From assembly GCF_964204645.1 (NCBI RefSeq), contig NC_134027.1, positions 19,306,560-19,370,559 on the forward strand: a stretch of DNA of 64,000 nucleotides, read 5' to 3'. Source of the DNA: Tubulanus polymorphus. Lineage: Eukaryota; Animalia; Nemertea. Each line of letters begins with the position of its first letter. Position 1 is the first letter of the stretch. A model generated the notes under the pieces. It saw only the letters and a list, made by a program, of their open reading frames with translations. It did not search any database and had not been told where the DNA came from. A program made the translations under genes and the position numbers. Positions 40,481-52,229 of this stretch are shown piece by piece.

Positions 40481-41149
40481 GTAGGCCTAATTGACTTCAA
40501 TTTCATGGCATGGTTTCGCTGCATCGCGTACACGCGATCGTGGTCGACACATTATCCAGACAAGATCAAGAATACAAACAAGGATGTGCAGAAAACCCAT
40601 TATTGCTGCTTTGCAGCTATATTTTGAAATTGCGATTTTAGTTCACTCAAACAATCTTCCAACCAGCCTGAACCGGCAAGTGATTGATAGTAGGGTGGCC
40701 ACTTACCTGAAAGTCAGTGAAGTTTCTTTTCTTTAAAAAAGTCGGGGAATTTTGTAAAGAAGCTAAAGATTGGTAAAATGTAAGGGATATCTGTTTAGAT
40801 TGCTAGATAGCGCATGAAATCAAACCATGTTTCCATCTATGTTTTACATGTTTGGCTCTGTTGATTGATTGGATTGTCAGCTGATCATGTCAGGGAAAGC
40901 GATGTGCATGTCAGGGAATAATCAGGGAAAATTCAGGAAAAAGCAAATCAAAATATAGCTGCAAAGCAGCGATAACGGGTTTTCTGCACATCCTTGTTAG
41001 TATTCTTGATCTTGTCTGAATATTGTGTCGACGATCGCGTGTAAGCTGATGCAGCCGCAACATGCCATAAAAATCGAAGGGAAGTTAGAATCCTGTTCAA
41101 CTGTCAAAACGGTTTTATAAAAGGACGGTTGACAAACAGTCAATGAGGC

Positions 41150-41600
41150 CTACTTTGAAACCATGGATGACTGGACCAGATGGTTATTTGACTCTGGAAA
41201 ATGGACTGTTAGGCCTCAATTAACCTTTATGGATTTCAAAAAGGCATTTGATAAGGTCCAACATCAGCGATTACTAAATAAGCTATTTGGAAACAGTATC
41301 AATGATGGGTCGCTTAAATGGCTCAGCATATTTCTCTGAACGAAAACAGGTGGCCGAATTCAACGAAACTGTCTCATCTTGGAATAAATCGGTCTAACTA
41401 GTGGAGTCACGCAAGGTAGTATCCTCAGTCGTCTTCTCTTCGCTCTCCTGATAGATGATATACAGAGAAATTCAAAATGTACCGGACAGAGTATATTTCC
41501 AAAACGACATAAGCAAGCTGTGTTCTGTTCATGGTCAGAAACATGGAAGATGGGCTTCAACCTGAATGGGATAATATGGATATTGGATACAAAGTAAACC
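41150..41600 (+). pseudogene. decayed CR1-type LINE RT fragment inside the right element
   Basis: DFKKAFDKVQHQRLLNKL...LTSGVTQGSILSRLLFALLIDDI with stops and frameshifts. Confidence 0.85.
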
Positions 41601-43908
41601 TATGTTCAGATTATACCTTTGTGTTCAAATGAGAAGATTATTTTGTTCGAATAAAGATTACTCATTGTAACAAAAAGACTATTTAGTTCCACCAGAATTT
41701 AGCTTTTTGGAACGAAAAATGCTTCGATCGAACAATATATCTGTTCGAACAAAAAACTTAATGTTTCGACAAGAAAATCTTGTTCGAAAGAAAACGATTC
41801 TGTTTGATTGAACAATACGCTTTTTGTTTGAACCAAAACCTTTCTTCATTCTGACAAAAGAATGTGTTCGAATAAAAAGCTATGTTATTGTTGAAATGAA
41901 AAACTTTTTGTCCCGGCAAAAAAATTTGGTTGAGCGAAAACAATTTTTTTCAAACGAATGTTTGAATGAAAACAATTCTGTTGTTGTTAACGAAATGCTT
42001 AATACTTTTGATTCGGAGAAAAAACTTTCTACAATATACTTGTTCAAACGAAAAACTTAATGTTCTGACAAGGAAATTCTGTTCAAATTAAAACGATTCT
42101 GTTCGATCGAACGATTGTTCAAACGAAAGACCTTTCGTTTGGACAAAAAAAAGTTTGTTCAACTTTGTTCTAACGATTTTCCAAATTGGTTCAATCGAAC
42201 CGAATATTATTGGTTCGAACGAAAAAAATTTTGTTCCGACGAAAGAATTTTCGAGCGAAAGTTCTATTGAACAAAAAAAAAAAGAAGATATTTCTTGGGC
42301 TCCGCAAGTTTTGGTGCAAGTCGGTTACGATACGACTAGTTTTTGCCAGTCGCAAGAGCGCGTAGGTCGGTTGTGACAGTCGTAGAAAGTAGAACACGTG
42401 CAACTCCTTGTGACTGGCGTTGCTGACAGTCGCAACCCGTCGCAAGGGCGTAGGTCGATGAGTCGTTGCGACACAATCGTCGCTGGCGGTCGCTGTGAGT
42501 CCCAAGCCGTCGCAAGGCCGACCTACACCCGGCTTTAGTCATTAGGAATTAATGAAATACCAGTTTCATTTATGATGAAAAAACACACATGAAAATTCTG
42601 GCTTATAAAGCTGTCTGCTCAGACGAAATTTTCAAAAAAATTTCATTTTTGCCAATAAAATTGATAATTGTGATTGATCGTTGCAAGTCAGAACCAGTTA
42701 ATCACTAATTAACATGCATTTTAATAAATCTGATTCCTCCTTTACAGTGAACTTAGCCTCAACCTTGTAGAGGCTACTAGCCTATGTAGGCCTATGTATA
42801 TGCTTAGGCCTAACATCCGGACAGATTGGTCGTAGGCCTATTGAATTACAACCCTCCTATATATCGTAAATTTTGTTTTGAAGTTCAATCCAATGAGTCC
42901 GTTAATAAACGCAACAAATATACTGTGTTTGTTTGAGACAGTAAAGCTCAGTACCAGTAGGCCTAAAGCCTTAAAGTCGCGTACAACCCGATAAACACTT
43001 CAAGCGACACAGCGAACTCCCTTTCCCCACGGCGAATGCTTACTCCGAATGTCAAGTGTGAGTCCGGCTTACGGATAGGAGTGTGTTATATACTTGTATT
43101 TTGTAAATACCTTGTGCATTTGACAAAGATCGGTATGTACTGTAGGAAATATAGAGTATTGATAAATGGTTGAAGCCCGCGGCCCAATAAAGTAATATAT
43201 TCTTTTATTTAGATACCTCGTCTACACAGCAGCTTTTCTCCGCTATATCTCTTCGGCGTGTTTAGTTTAGGCCTACGACTCCCCGGTACTCGAATGATTT
43301 ATCTTAGTAAATACACGGTTAATTTGGTAAAGAAAAATAGGTATTGTTAAACTTACTGCTTGATGCCCGCGGCCAAATCACTGGTAGTAATAAATTAATT
43401 TGTACTCGATTTGATTCTCATGATGAGGAGAAACTCGCAGCTGATCCCGGGAACGACGATGTAGTGACACAAGTTGATTCGTCGATGTTAATGGCTCGAC
43501 AGTGCTTTTAAAATCTAAAGTAGTAAATTTCCTGTGTAATGGTAATATGATTTGATGAGGAAAAGAGCTATTGTTAAAATTAGTTTTTTTAAACTGCGAC
43601 TGAATGTGCAATCTTTGGGTAATAAATTTGTTAATTTATGCTTGAATTGATGATCGACGTGATAAGAAACGTGCGGTAGATTTCGGAAAGACGACTTTGA
43701 AAAACATGTCGGCTCTTTGAATGGGGCTAAATTGTCGATGTTTAAGGCCCGACAGTGCTTTTGTAACGATGATTTGTGCAAAAACACGCGGAGTATTTGT
43801 AGATCTCAGTGAGCTGAACGATATCATACGGATTGTATCGACAGCAGCGGCAAGGTAACAAAGCCTTTGTTCTTTTAGTGAAAATAGTGTGACATAAAAT
43901 AATAATAA

Positions 43909-45194
43909 ATATAGCTGCAAGCAGCGATAACAGGTTTCTGCCTTTCTGGATAGAATGTCGTTCAGGGATGCGAGCAAAGATTTCACCCAAAATCAGTTCG
44001 TTACATTCCGTTTTTTTGAGTGCCACCTAGGGGTCAACTCACAACATGGATATGTTGACCCACATGTGCTACTACGCGCAAAGTACTAATGTGCCAGGTT
44101 TTCAGGGAAATAACATCGAGAAGAACGAAGCTACGGTGTTTTTACCATTCCCTTGGACAATAAGAAAACCGAATTTGGCCCAAAGCACAAATTTGGCCTA
44201 TAGGGTAAACATGCAGGAGGGAAGGCCTTATAGTGTTACTATTTAGTAGAGGAGTGACAAGTCAGTCTGACAAGTCAAGCGATCAGATGGGGACTACAAT
44301 TCACATATGAAATTGACGTCCAATAACCATTATAAAAACATAATCACGAACGGTACCATCACTCCCCATTACTGACTGTCACTGGTCTCTGGCTAGCAAT
44401 CATTCTTTATCGGTGCAGTGGGTAGGTATTTTCAACTGACTTTGTTCTTCTATGACATTACCATCGCCGCTGCGTCACGATGTGATGTACATGTACAAGG
44501 GACCTCCAATTTGTAATGTATGTGATGTATAAACTGACTTTAGACCGTTTAATATCGACGATAACAAGGTATCACCGACGCTGACATTTTCTGACGCTAA
44601 CTAGTATGACTCGCCTTTTGGACCGAACCAATTCAATTCAATTAAGAAAACGCGTACCAGTACAGAAAATAAATAAACCGCTGGTGATTTTTCGAAGTAT
44701 TGATATCCACCAACAAAACTATACTATTATAGATTGTTTAAAAGGAACTGCTTTTAATAACAGTATGAATAAACTTACTTCACAAACAAGGAAGTACATT
44801 CTTAACTTGTGAATGGTCGAACCCCAGTTATTCACAGTAACCTGTGATTTGGATATTCTCAGAGCCTTCCTTCTTTATTTATTTATGAAATGACGTCACA
44901 AACTTTCAGATTCGCGCCAGTATGCGCGCCATGATTGATGATTGCTATTTCCACCAGTTTTATCTTCAAGTAACTTCAAGTTTAAAATAGGAAGCACAGT
45001 ACATCCATAGAAACTACGCGCAGAAAGAGACTGTTATATTATTATCAGAGTTTAACATTTCGTTTCAAAGTTGTTAGTAGTCAAATCTAATAGAAGATGA
45101 TTTTTATGTGATGAAACTCAGTGGAAAATATGTTAAAATAATAATCAGCAGGAATCCAATAGGGTTTCTGCCGAGGCAGCAGAAACCCTAATAA
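43909..45194 (+). mobile_element. related HINE nested in the (TAA)n tract of the right copy
   Basis: starts atatagctgcaagcagcgataacaggtttctgcc, ends agggtttctgccgaggcagcagaaaccctaataa; absent from the left copy. Confidence 0.7.
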
Positions 45195-45456
45195 GAAACA
45201 CGCCAATGTCAATAGGGTTTTCTGTGATGTAACAGAAAACCCTAATAAAAGCGGCCATTCAGTATAAGCTTTCAATCTTAATGTATTTTTTTCCGAAACT
45301 TGGTGTGTGAATTGGGGCAGATGAGATGTCAACCATTATTTTTCAGCAGTTAAGATACCAGTAACTGCACACTTCTGAAAAAATAAGTTTCGGCATTATG
45401 CTTAGCCATTATTAATCTGTATATATATATATATATGTTTATTTCTATGAATTCAG

Positions 45457-45584
45457 GGAGCCATGTGAGCTGGAATTTAAAGAAACACTCCACAGTAATC
45501 CGAATAACAATTATGTTGAAGTATTCAAAAAATATGTCCAAGAAATCAAGAAAAATAATAATGTCATAATCGAAAGATGTAACC
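45457..45584 (+). CDS. CACNA2D3: alpha2delta exon (2-1) EPCELEFKETLHSNPNNNYVEVFKKYVQEIKKNNNVIIERCN
   Basis: attcag / gtaagt; supplies the two expected Cys; phases bridge the neighbouring exons. Confidence 0.85.
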
Positions 45585-46923
45585 GTAAGTTTTTTTTGTA
45601 GATTTTGCATCTTTTAACCTTATTTTACAAATACTAAGACACAAGGCTTGTTTTTGCAAATTGTTTTCCATGTAAGAATGAACAGCACACTCCTCTGCTA
45701 AACTCCTCAAGTCATTGAAATTTTAAAAACTTCTTTTTTCCTGATTCTCAACTTGATATAAAGTCAATCGGTGAACTATTTACAGTCCCGACGCTGCCAG
45801 AGGCAGATTCTACTGGAGTTCCATTGGGTAACTGTACAGCTGAATTGTTTTAAGCTTTTTTTAATGCTCCCGAGATTACATCCCAAATTTACATGAAAAA
45901 CTAGACGTATCGGCCCCACTCCGCGCGGTTGCGCCACCGCGCGGGATTTACGCGAAGCAGCAAACACAAACATGGCCACTCTCTCAATTTTCAATGATAG
46001 AAATCGTGTGTGCATTTCAATTATTTCGGCTGTTAGGGTTTTAAGGCACAATATAAGTTGATGATATGATATGGCGATGTTAATTAATGATAATTCCGCA
46101 GTGAAGCTAGTCACGAACGGTGCCGATTGAGTGTACAGCTGCCAAAAACACTTAAATGTGCGTAGTTGCGTAACTATTTGCAGTGAATTGCAGACGAAAC
46201 ATGAAGCCTTAACGGCCGTTTAAAAAAAAATTATACCAATCGCAATTGTAAAATAAAAATGAGATAGAACCTAAGTTAAAATTCTGGCCATTTCTAAAAT
46301 GTTATTACTAATTTTTAGTCAGTGCCGAACGTTTAGTTTTCCAACGATAATGAGGGGTGGTAGGTTGTCATGCAATTCAAGTCATCATTTATTACACGTT
46401 ACTTCCGTGTTGTTGAAAATCTCGCGAGTCCTGGACCAAACCCCATTGAACAATGTGATCCGTGTGCTGGCCACAAATGCACACAGATCACACTACACTA
46501 CCCATTACACACTCCAGTACCCACAGCTTTCATATATCCATCCAAATATTTAGAGTGTCTTTCTTCCTGGATGCGTTATTTAGGAGGTACTATTTATCAA
46601 TATTGGCTTTTCTAAATAACAACTGATACAATGGGCATTTATTTTGTGAAAAAATTGTTTTCGTGCCTCTAAATTTCTATTTCATAAATTTTCATGTCTT
46701 TTTGAATATGATTTTTCGAGTGGATGTCATTATTCCGTCTAGATTGCATCTAGACTGGTCACTTATTGATCCTTAATATATTTACGTATATCATATGACA
46801 TGTCTATGAAATGATTTAAAATGTACATCTGTATGGATGAAGCTATGAAAATTCTCATGTGATCAAACTGGAGCTAGGAAATATGAAATAATGCTAAATC
46901 TTCTTTACAATGTATATTTTCAG

Positions 46924-47029
46924 GTACTGGCTACCCTGGAATGCACTTGGTTAAGAGTATGCTCTTTGATTTGTACGCAACTGAATCGATGGAAAGTAAA
47001 TGGCCAAGTCATCAAGTAGAAGCCGAAAA
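46924..47029 (+). CDS. CACNA2D3: alpha2delta exon (1-2) TGYPGMHLVKSMLFDLYATESMESKWPSHQVEAEK
   Basis: tttcag / gtaaat; LV...LFD...T......W. Confidence 0.9.
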
Positions 47030-47313
47030 GTAAATATCGACTGAAGGCTGTCATGCCCCTGGTTCCTGTTTCAGTAACAGGATCACCATTAATTAAGGCA
47101 ATCGGATTAACTGAAATAATGAAGTATTTCAGTTTTAGAGTTTATTTTCATGAATGAAATTATGGAAGAAATTTAATTAAATAGATTTACTAGCTGACTT
47201 TATGCAAGACCATCCCCTGTAATGATTTGATTTCTATAACTAATGTCTGTGTTTCTTGTTGAAATAATGTGTATGTGTATGCAGTACTGTAATATTGGTT
47301 CTCATCTTTTCAG

Positions 47314-47397
47314 GTACAATGTGGAGAGGGTCTTTGTTGCAACTAGGGCTGGAGTTACGAGAACCTATGACTATATTAACGAAACATCAACTTTACC
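47314..47397 (+). CDS. CACNA2D3: alpha2delta exon (2-2) YNVERVFVATRAGVTRTYDYINETSTLP
   Basis: tttcag / gtaagt; FVATRxGVTR. Confidence 0.94.
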
Positions 47398-47657
47398 GTA
47401 AGTTAGCACAGGAGTGTGGTCACAATATGACCTGCAATTGATAAAATGATTGATCCAAATCTAATCGGAATTGAAGTCATAGACTCTATAGTTAGACTCA
47501 AGTTATTGAAACCTGCCTTCTTTGAACCAGGTACACAGTCCTGGTTAAACTTGACTCTAGAAATGAATTAGATCATAAGATAGAAACCCGCTATGTACAA
47601 ATTAAAAGAATTTTAAAATCGAGAATTTATTTATTCAAACAATCTGAAATATAAAAT

Positions 47658-47699
47658 ACACAACATTTCGATCTCACCCTAGAGATCATCGTCGGGTGG
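47658..47699 (-). ncRNA. Penelope-type hammerhead relic with a core U4>C change
   Basis: reverse complement ccac-CCGACGA-t-gatctc(tagggt)gagatc-GAAA-tgtt-gtg, followed by AATAAA. Confidence 0.55.
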
Positions 47700-47731
47700 A
47701 TTAGTTCATATTTCCATCGAGTACTGTACCC

Positions 47732-48722
47732 TTTCCTATGGTTTTTGCCAATATTTTCTAAATTTGGATTTATCGCCAATGGTTTTTTTATACGACCCGG
47801 CCCTGCGGTATTGCATTTAGCCACCGGCGAAATCCGCCATCTTTTTTCTTGGCGTTCTCGCAGTAGAACGCGTTGGATTTTTTCGCCGTAAAAATCTGGG
47901 AATTAGGATATTAGGGAGTTTTCACTCTCGTAACGGTGAGTCCGTTCGGTTTGGGGGTTATCCCTGATTTCTTTTTTTCCGTAAGAATTTTATTTACAAA
48001 TATAATTTGATTGAATTGAATTGAATTGTTTTGATTTGTAACAGGATAATTATGCCACCCCCTCCTAAGGGTCAGCATCGTGGCGGGGAGGGATGCGGGC
48101 ATTTGTTTGGCGCCTGGGACAACCACGATTCATGTGCGTCGTGCAGGCGCAAATCCGGTCAAATATGTGCAAGGAGCAATCCTTGCAATATTTGCGTCGT
48201 GTGGTCCGAGGACCTTTGGCTTCGGGCCGATAAGGCTCTTAAACTTAGAGATCATCGTCGAGTTAGCAGGGATTCGTCGGTTTCGGCCGATGTGCCAACC
48301 GACGTTTCTAATCCTGTTTCTTATCGTAAAGCGGAGCGGTCGCCGGTCGTTCAGGTACGATCGGCTTCCCAACTCCGTTCACCGGGGAGGAACGCTGGTT
48401 CACCGGCACCGGTCTCCGGTCATTCACCGGTCTCTGGTCGTTCACCGGTTCGGCCGGTTCGGCCGGTTCAGACTACATGTTCAGACTACATGGAACCGAG
48501 CGCGCGCCGCGGTAGTCGCGAACGGCCCGCACCGGTTCGGTCGGTACCGGTCCGGTCCGGGTCGGGCATCGGTCCGGTTCGGTCCGGTTCGGCCACCGGT
48601 CCGGTCCAGACGTCGTCCGGTTCAAAACATCCGGTACGTTCATCGTCTGATTCTGATCGTCGCTCCGGGGATAGAGCTCGCTCTCCCACTAGATTTGGAC
48701 GCCGTGAGCGGTAGCAGTAGCG
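47732..48722 (+). mobile_element. DIRS1-like retrotransposon 5' fragment with truncated ORF1 (gag-like; ATG 48052, stop 48714)
   Basis: GC/CpG-rich; CGH......H..C..CR....C.....C..C..W zinc-finger pattern, then an S/R/P-rich tract encoded by (CCGGT)n; boundaries approximate. Confidence 0.7.
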
Positions 48723-49146
48723 TCAACATTTTCAATTACTCAACTTGATACAGTCAAATATTGGCTCAGATTACTGGGGACTGGGAGTCTTAGTTAATGA
48801 GATTAGGGTCATGCATATTCAAAGCTTGGTTTGGACCCATTTTTGTTTCTATGCTCTTCTGATGAATTGTGCCAGACTAACCATGTCTACTTTAACCATA
48901 GAGGTGGGAGATAGCCCTGCTTAACCCTAGGGTTCAGGGTATGGGGCTATATCCGTGATTTATTTGGAATCTATGGTTAAGATTTCTCTTTCTATTAAAC
49001 TTCTCTAAAGTGGTTGTAAAAAACTTTCTACAAATAGAGTATGTTGGTCAGTTGTTTCCTGATAGGCCAAACTTAAGTTTAGTACATTGTTTCGATCTAT
49101 GAAACTACTTTGTATTATATGGAGAATTTATGGATATTTTTTGCAG

Positions 49147-49265
49147 AACTTGGATGAAAACGCATTCGAACACTATTGATGAACTTTATTATAAGAAAAC
49201 CATACTCAACAATGAAAAACCAAGAAATCCCACTGCAACGTATTCTCTGATACAACCGACACCTG
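49147..49265 (+). CDS. CACNA2D3: alpha2delta exon (2-1) TWMKTHSNTIDELYYKKTILNNEKPRNPTATYSLIQPTP
   Basis: ttgcag / gtgggt; IDE.YYK...YS. Confidence 0.88.
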
Positions 49266-49649
49266 GTGGGTATTATGGGAATTTTACAAGTGAAAACTAT
49301 ATATAAGAATAAACAAGATTAGGTTAATCCTAGGTTCAATCTAATTGGCTTCAAGACTTGCCTTCAAATCTTTACTATAAAGCTAGATCTTGTCATTCTC
49401 CCTACTCATGCAGTCCTCAATCAATTGGATGAACCCCCAGCTCCATCAACTCAATTTTACCAAAAATATTTACAGCAATCCATGCGATCTCAAATGATTA
49501 ATCCAAGGTTGTACGATTAGCATTGTTAGTGTATAGTAAGCGATCCTGTTACTCCTTGGCGTTGTACCAAGGTGTTTTCTTGTAAAGTCATAATATTGAA
49601 TTTGACAAGTATATTATATCATATTGAATTTTATCTTTATTTTTGTATG

Positions 49650-50480
49650 ATTCATGTAATGCTAGGACCAACATCAGGATGGCTAGGGATATGGGCATCT
49701 TTTCAGGGCCTGGGACGACCATCCTTTGTGTTTGTCGTTCCGGACCAAGTCGGGTGTCATCTGATCACAAGAGAACCCCTGCAAAACCTCACGTGGCTGC
49801 CCTGGTTTTCATGAATATTCAAGGTCCCATAGGCCACAGGGGGCCAATGGTCTTTTAGATCTGTCATCTTTCAATTTGTATGTGGACATTCAAAGGTTTT
49901 AAATGACCAAACCCAAGGACGAAGGACATTTCCCCGGTAATGGCCCATCTGGAAAATAAATAATGTGATAGCCGATGCATTTTCCCATTAGGATTGGCAA
50001 TGACATGGGTTCTATTCCAGAGCATCGCCGATCAGATAAGAGACTTTTGTATCCCTATCTATGGACTCAGAAGTGTGGAGGGTCAATGCCTTCCCTCCGG
50101 AATAGTCACGTATGCAGGCATATGCATTCCCTCTGACGCCAGTTAGATCGACTAGAGAGATCAGTCAATTACAATATCATTCCGATTTCCATGTTGGCCA
50201 GCTCAGAAATGGATTCTCCAAATTTTCAACCTTCTGTGCGTGAACCCCAGGGGCCGGTTCCATAGTCAAGACTTAAGACCAAAAGTGGTCTTAAACCTTA
50301 AGACTGGTCTTAAGTTGTTAGATTGGCTATAGAACTAAGTTTGTCTTAGACTGGTCTAAGTCCTGTCTATGGAACCGGCCCCTGGGTTCTTGCGAACTTC
50401 CCATTGCTTCTGTCAGAAATTTATGTCTGCACCAAAACAGTCAGTGGCTAAATCTGCTCATCTGGCCATTGTCCAATAAT
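49650..50480 (+). mobile_element. decayed DIRS1-like ORF2 fragment (RNase H end plus methyltransferase-like domain)
   Basis: NVIADAFS, VNAF, AYAFP, PCWPAQKW, LHQNSQWLNLLIWPLS in the canonical order, with frameshifts. Confidence 0.7.
50251..50381. mobile_element. Harbinger-type MITE inserted in the DIRS relic
   Basis: GGGCCGGTTCCATAG ... CTATGGAACCGGCCC perfect TIR. Confidence 0.85.
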
Positions 50481-50518
50481 GCTTGTCAGTTGTAGACTTT
50501 TCAGAGCTGGCTGCCACT

Positions 50519-50839
50519 CAGGGGCGGATCCAGAGTTTGGGGATTCAAACCATCACCCCCCTTTTCTGATGAAATGTCCTTTTGAAAATCACAGGTGAAA
50601 AATTCCATACGACGTTGATCTGTGACAAAAGTCTGCAGTTCTGTTTAAAACGATAATATGCAAAAATTGCATACAAATGAACTAAATTTTCAAAGTTTTC
50701 AGCAGGGCCTCGTAACATTGCCCCATCCCCCCTCAAAGCACATCGCGTCTTCGGTGCTTGCTAGGATGCAAACCACGACCAATAAGTGCCCTTTGCATTC
50801 AAAGATAACACCCTTTCTTCGAGCCTGGATCTGCCCCTG
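50519..50839. mobile_element. hAT-like MITE
   Basis: CAGGGGCGGATCCAG ... CTGGATCTGCCCCTG; target duplication not clear. Confidence 0.7.
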
Positions 50840-51085
50840 CCGCTTTTAATGAGGGAACCAAGCCAGGCATCGACAAGTGACATTTACGACGCCAAATGGG
50901 GTCATTTTGCAAACTGTTGTGCTTCAGGGGAAATCGATTTGCTCCCTCTTTAGCACATTTTGCAAATTTGTTTGTGGTGCAAAGCCTGCAGGTTGTGACC
51001 AATTAAGATTACCGCACTGTGAACATCAGTGAAGACAGTCAAAGAATCTCTTCTTTTCCAACCTTAACAATTTCTATTATAGCAG

Positions 51086-51255
51086 GTTCTACAGAATCAT
51101 TGGTTATTATGGGAACAATACCTGTAATGGTGGCAGATAAAGCTCCATTTGGCGTTTTTGGCATGCAACAATCACTGTTACCCAATTCGACTTTGATATT
51201 TGGACAAAGCACTACTTATTCTTCGGATGTAAATCTAAACTGTATCAATAATAAC
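51086..51255 (+). CDS. CACNA2D3: alpha2delta exon (1-0) STESLVIMGTIPVMVADKAPFGVFGMQ...LNCINNN (alternative start 51083)
   Basis: tagcag tandem acceptor / gtaagt; AP.GV.G.Q. Confidence 0.9.
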
Positions 51256-51697
51256 GTAAGTTGAAATTGTATCAATATTAAGCCTCTCTTTAAGTGAATT
51301 TTTACAAATTTTTCTACCAGACCATTCTATAGACTCGATAGAAAAACTTGCTCCTTGATAACACGATGGTTGCGATATATGAAACCCACACACAAATTTG
51401 TGAACCAGTGGAAACGAGTCAAAAAGATATAAACAGTTGAAAATGTTTCACTGCATACTACTCTAACACTAACATTGGCATCATTATTTGTATAAATGAT
51501 TACGATGATAAACATCTATGGTATTTTTTATCTCACATTTCGAATCTTCACCAAGACCTATCGTCAGTCTCTAGTGATATATTAATACACTGATCATCTG
51601 TAAATCTGTTGTTGTATATGCTGATTGATTTTGATGTTTTCTAAATGTTTATTTGTATAATTCTCCTAAAGAAAATTTGATATTTTCTAAATTTTAG

Positions 51698-51760
51698 TTC
51701 ATTAACTGTTATTTGTTGGATGAAAATGGATATATTGTATTTTCCACTGATTTGCTGAGT
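51698..51760 (+). CDS. CACNA2D3: alpha2delta exon (0-0) FINCYLLDENGYIVFSTDLLS
   Basis: ttttag / gtaagt; CYLLDxNGY. Confidence 0.95.
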
Positions 51761-51847
51761 GTAAGTTTCTATATTCAATTAATAGAATATCATCAATTGA
51801 AGTATAAGTTCTGTTCATTTCTTGTTCATGGAAGATCCCTTTTATAG

Positions 51848-51918
51848 ATTGGCAGTTTTTTTGGTCAAGCTCAAGGTGATGTGATGGTGAGCATGATGGA
51901 AAAAGGTGTTTACAAAAC
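51848..51918 (+). CDS. CACNA2D3: alpha2delta exon (0-2) IGSFFGQAQGDVMVSMMEKGVYKT
   Basis: ttatag / gtaaga; GxFFG..G.VM. Confidence 0.95.
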
Positions 51919-52229
51919 GTAAGAATAGAACAAATTCTTGAGCCAAGACCTAGTTTCTGTGGAAAAGTAAACTCAAAAATTTTGGTTCAATTGATCATTA
52001 TGATTTTTCATTTAAGTACTCTACTCTTTCCTATGATTTCCTAAATGGCCCTCCGCAAGTGTACTATGCAATACATGGCGAAGATCCCCCATCCTTTTTC
52101 TCTGGTGCACTTAATGAATGCTTAGGATTTCGAAGTTTCAAGAGAAATTTGAAACACTTTGACCAATAATCTTGATGTCTCATTTTTGGTGTGAATTCTT
52201 AGCGTTTGGAAAAGTGGAATAACATGATA

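Larger units (their letters stand above)
38043..40627 (-). mobile_element. Helentron/HINE-type element, left copy of an inverted pair
   Basis: 5' end aaatatagctgcaaagcagc...gggttttctg at ~40625; 3' hairpin agggttttctg...cagaaaaccct at 38048-38078. Confidence 0.7.
40947..45248 (+). mobile_element. Helentron/HINE-type element, right copy of the inverted pair, with nested insertions
   Basis: reverse complement of 38043-40627 in several blocks; same termini; 3' hairpin at 45214-45244. Confidence 0.7.

Noticed and set aside
46299-46615. Cys-containing ORFs as the missing exon after 37506
   Set aside because: Exon 45457-45584 fits the phases and Cys spacing, so no further exon is needed.
48080-48748. 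Overlapping ORFs of 222, 80 and 67 aa
   Set aside because: Alternate-frame and antisense shadows of the GC-rich (CCGGT)n DIRS ORF1.
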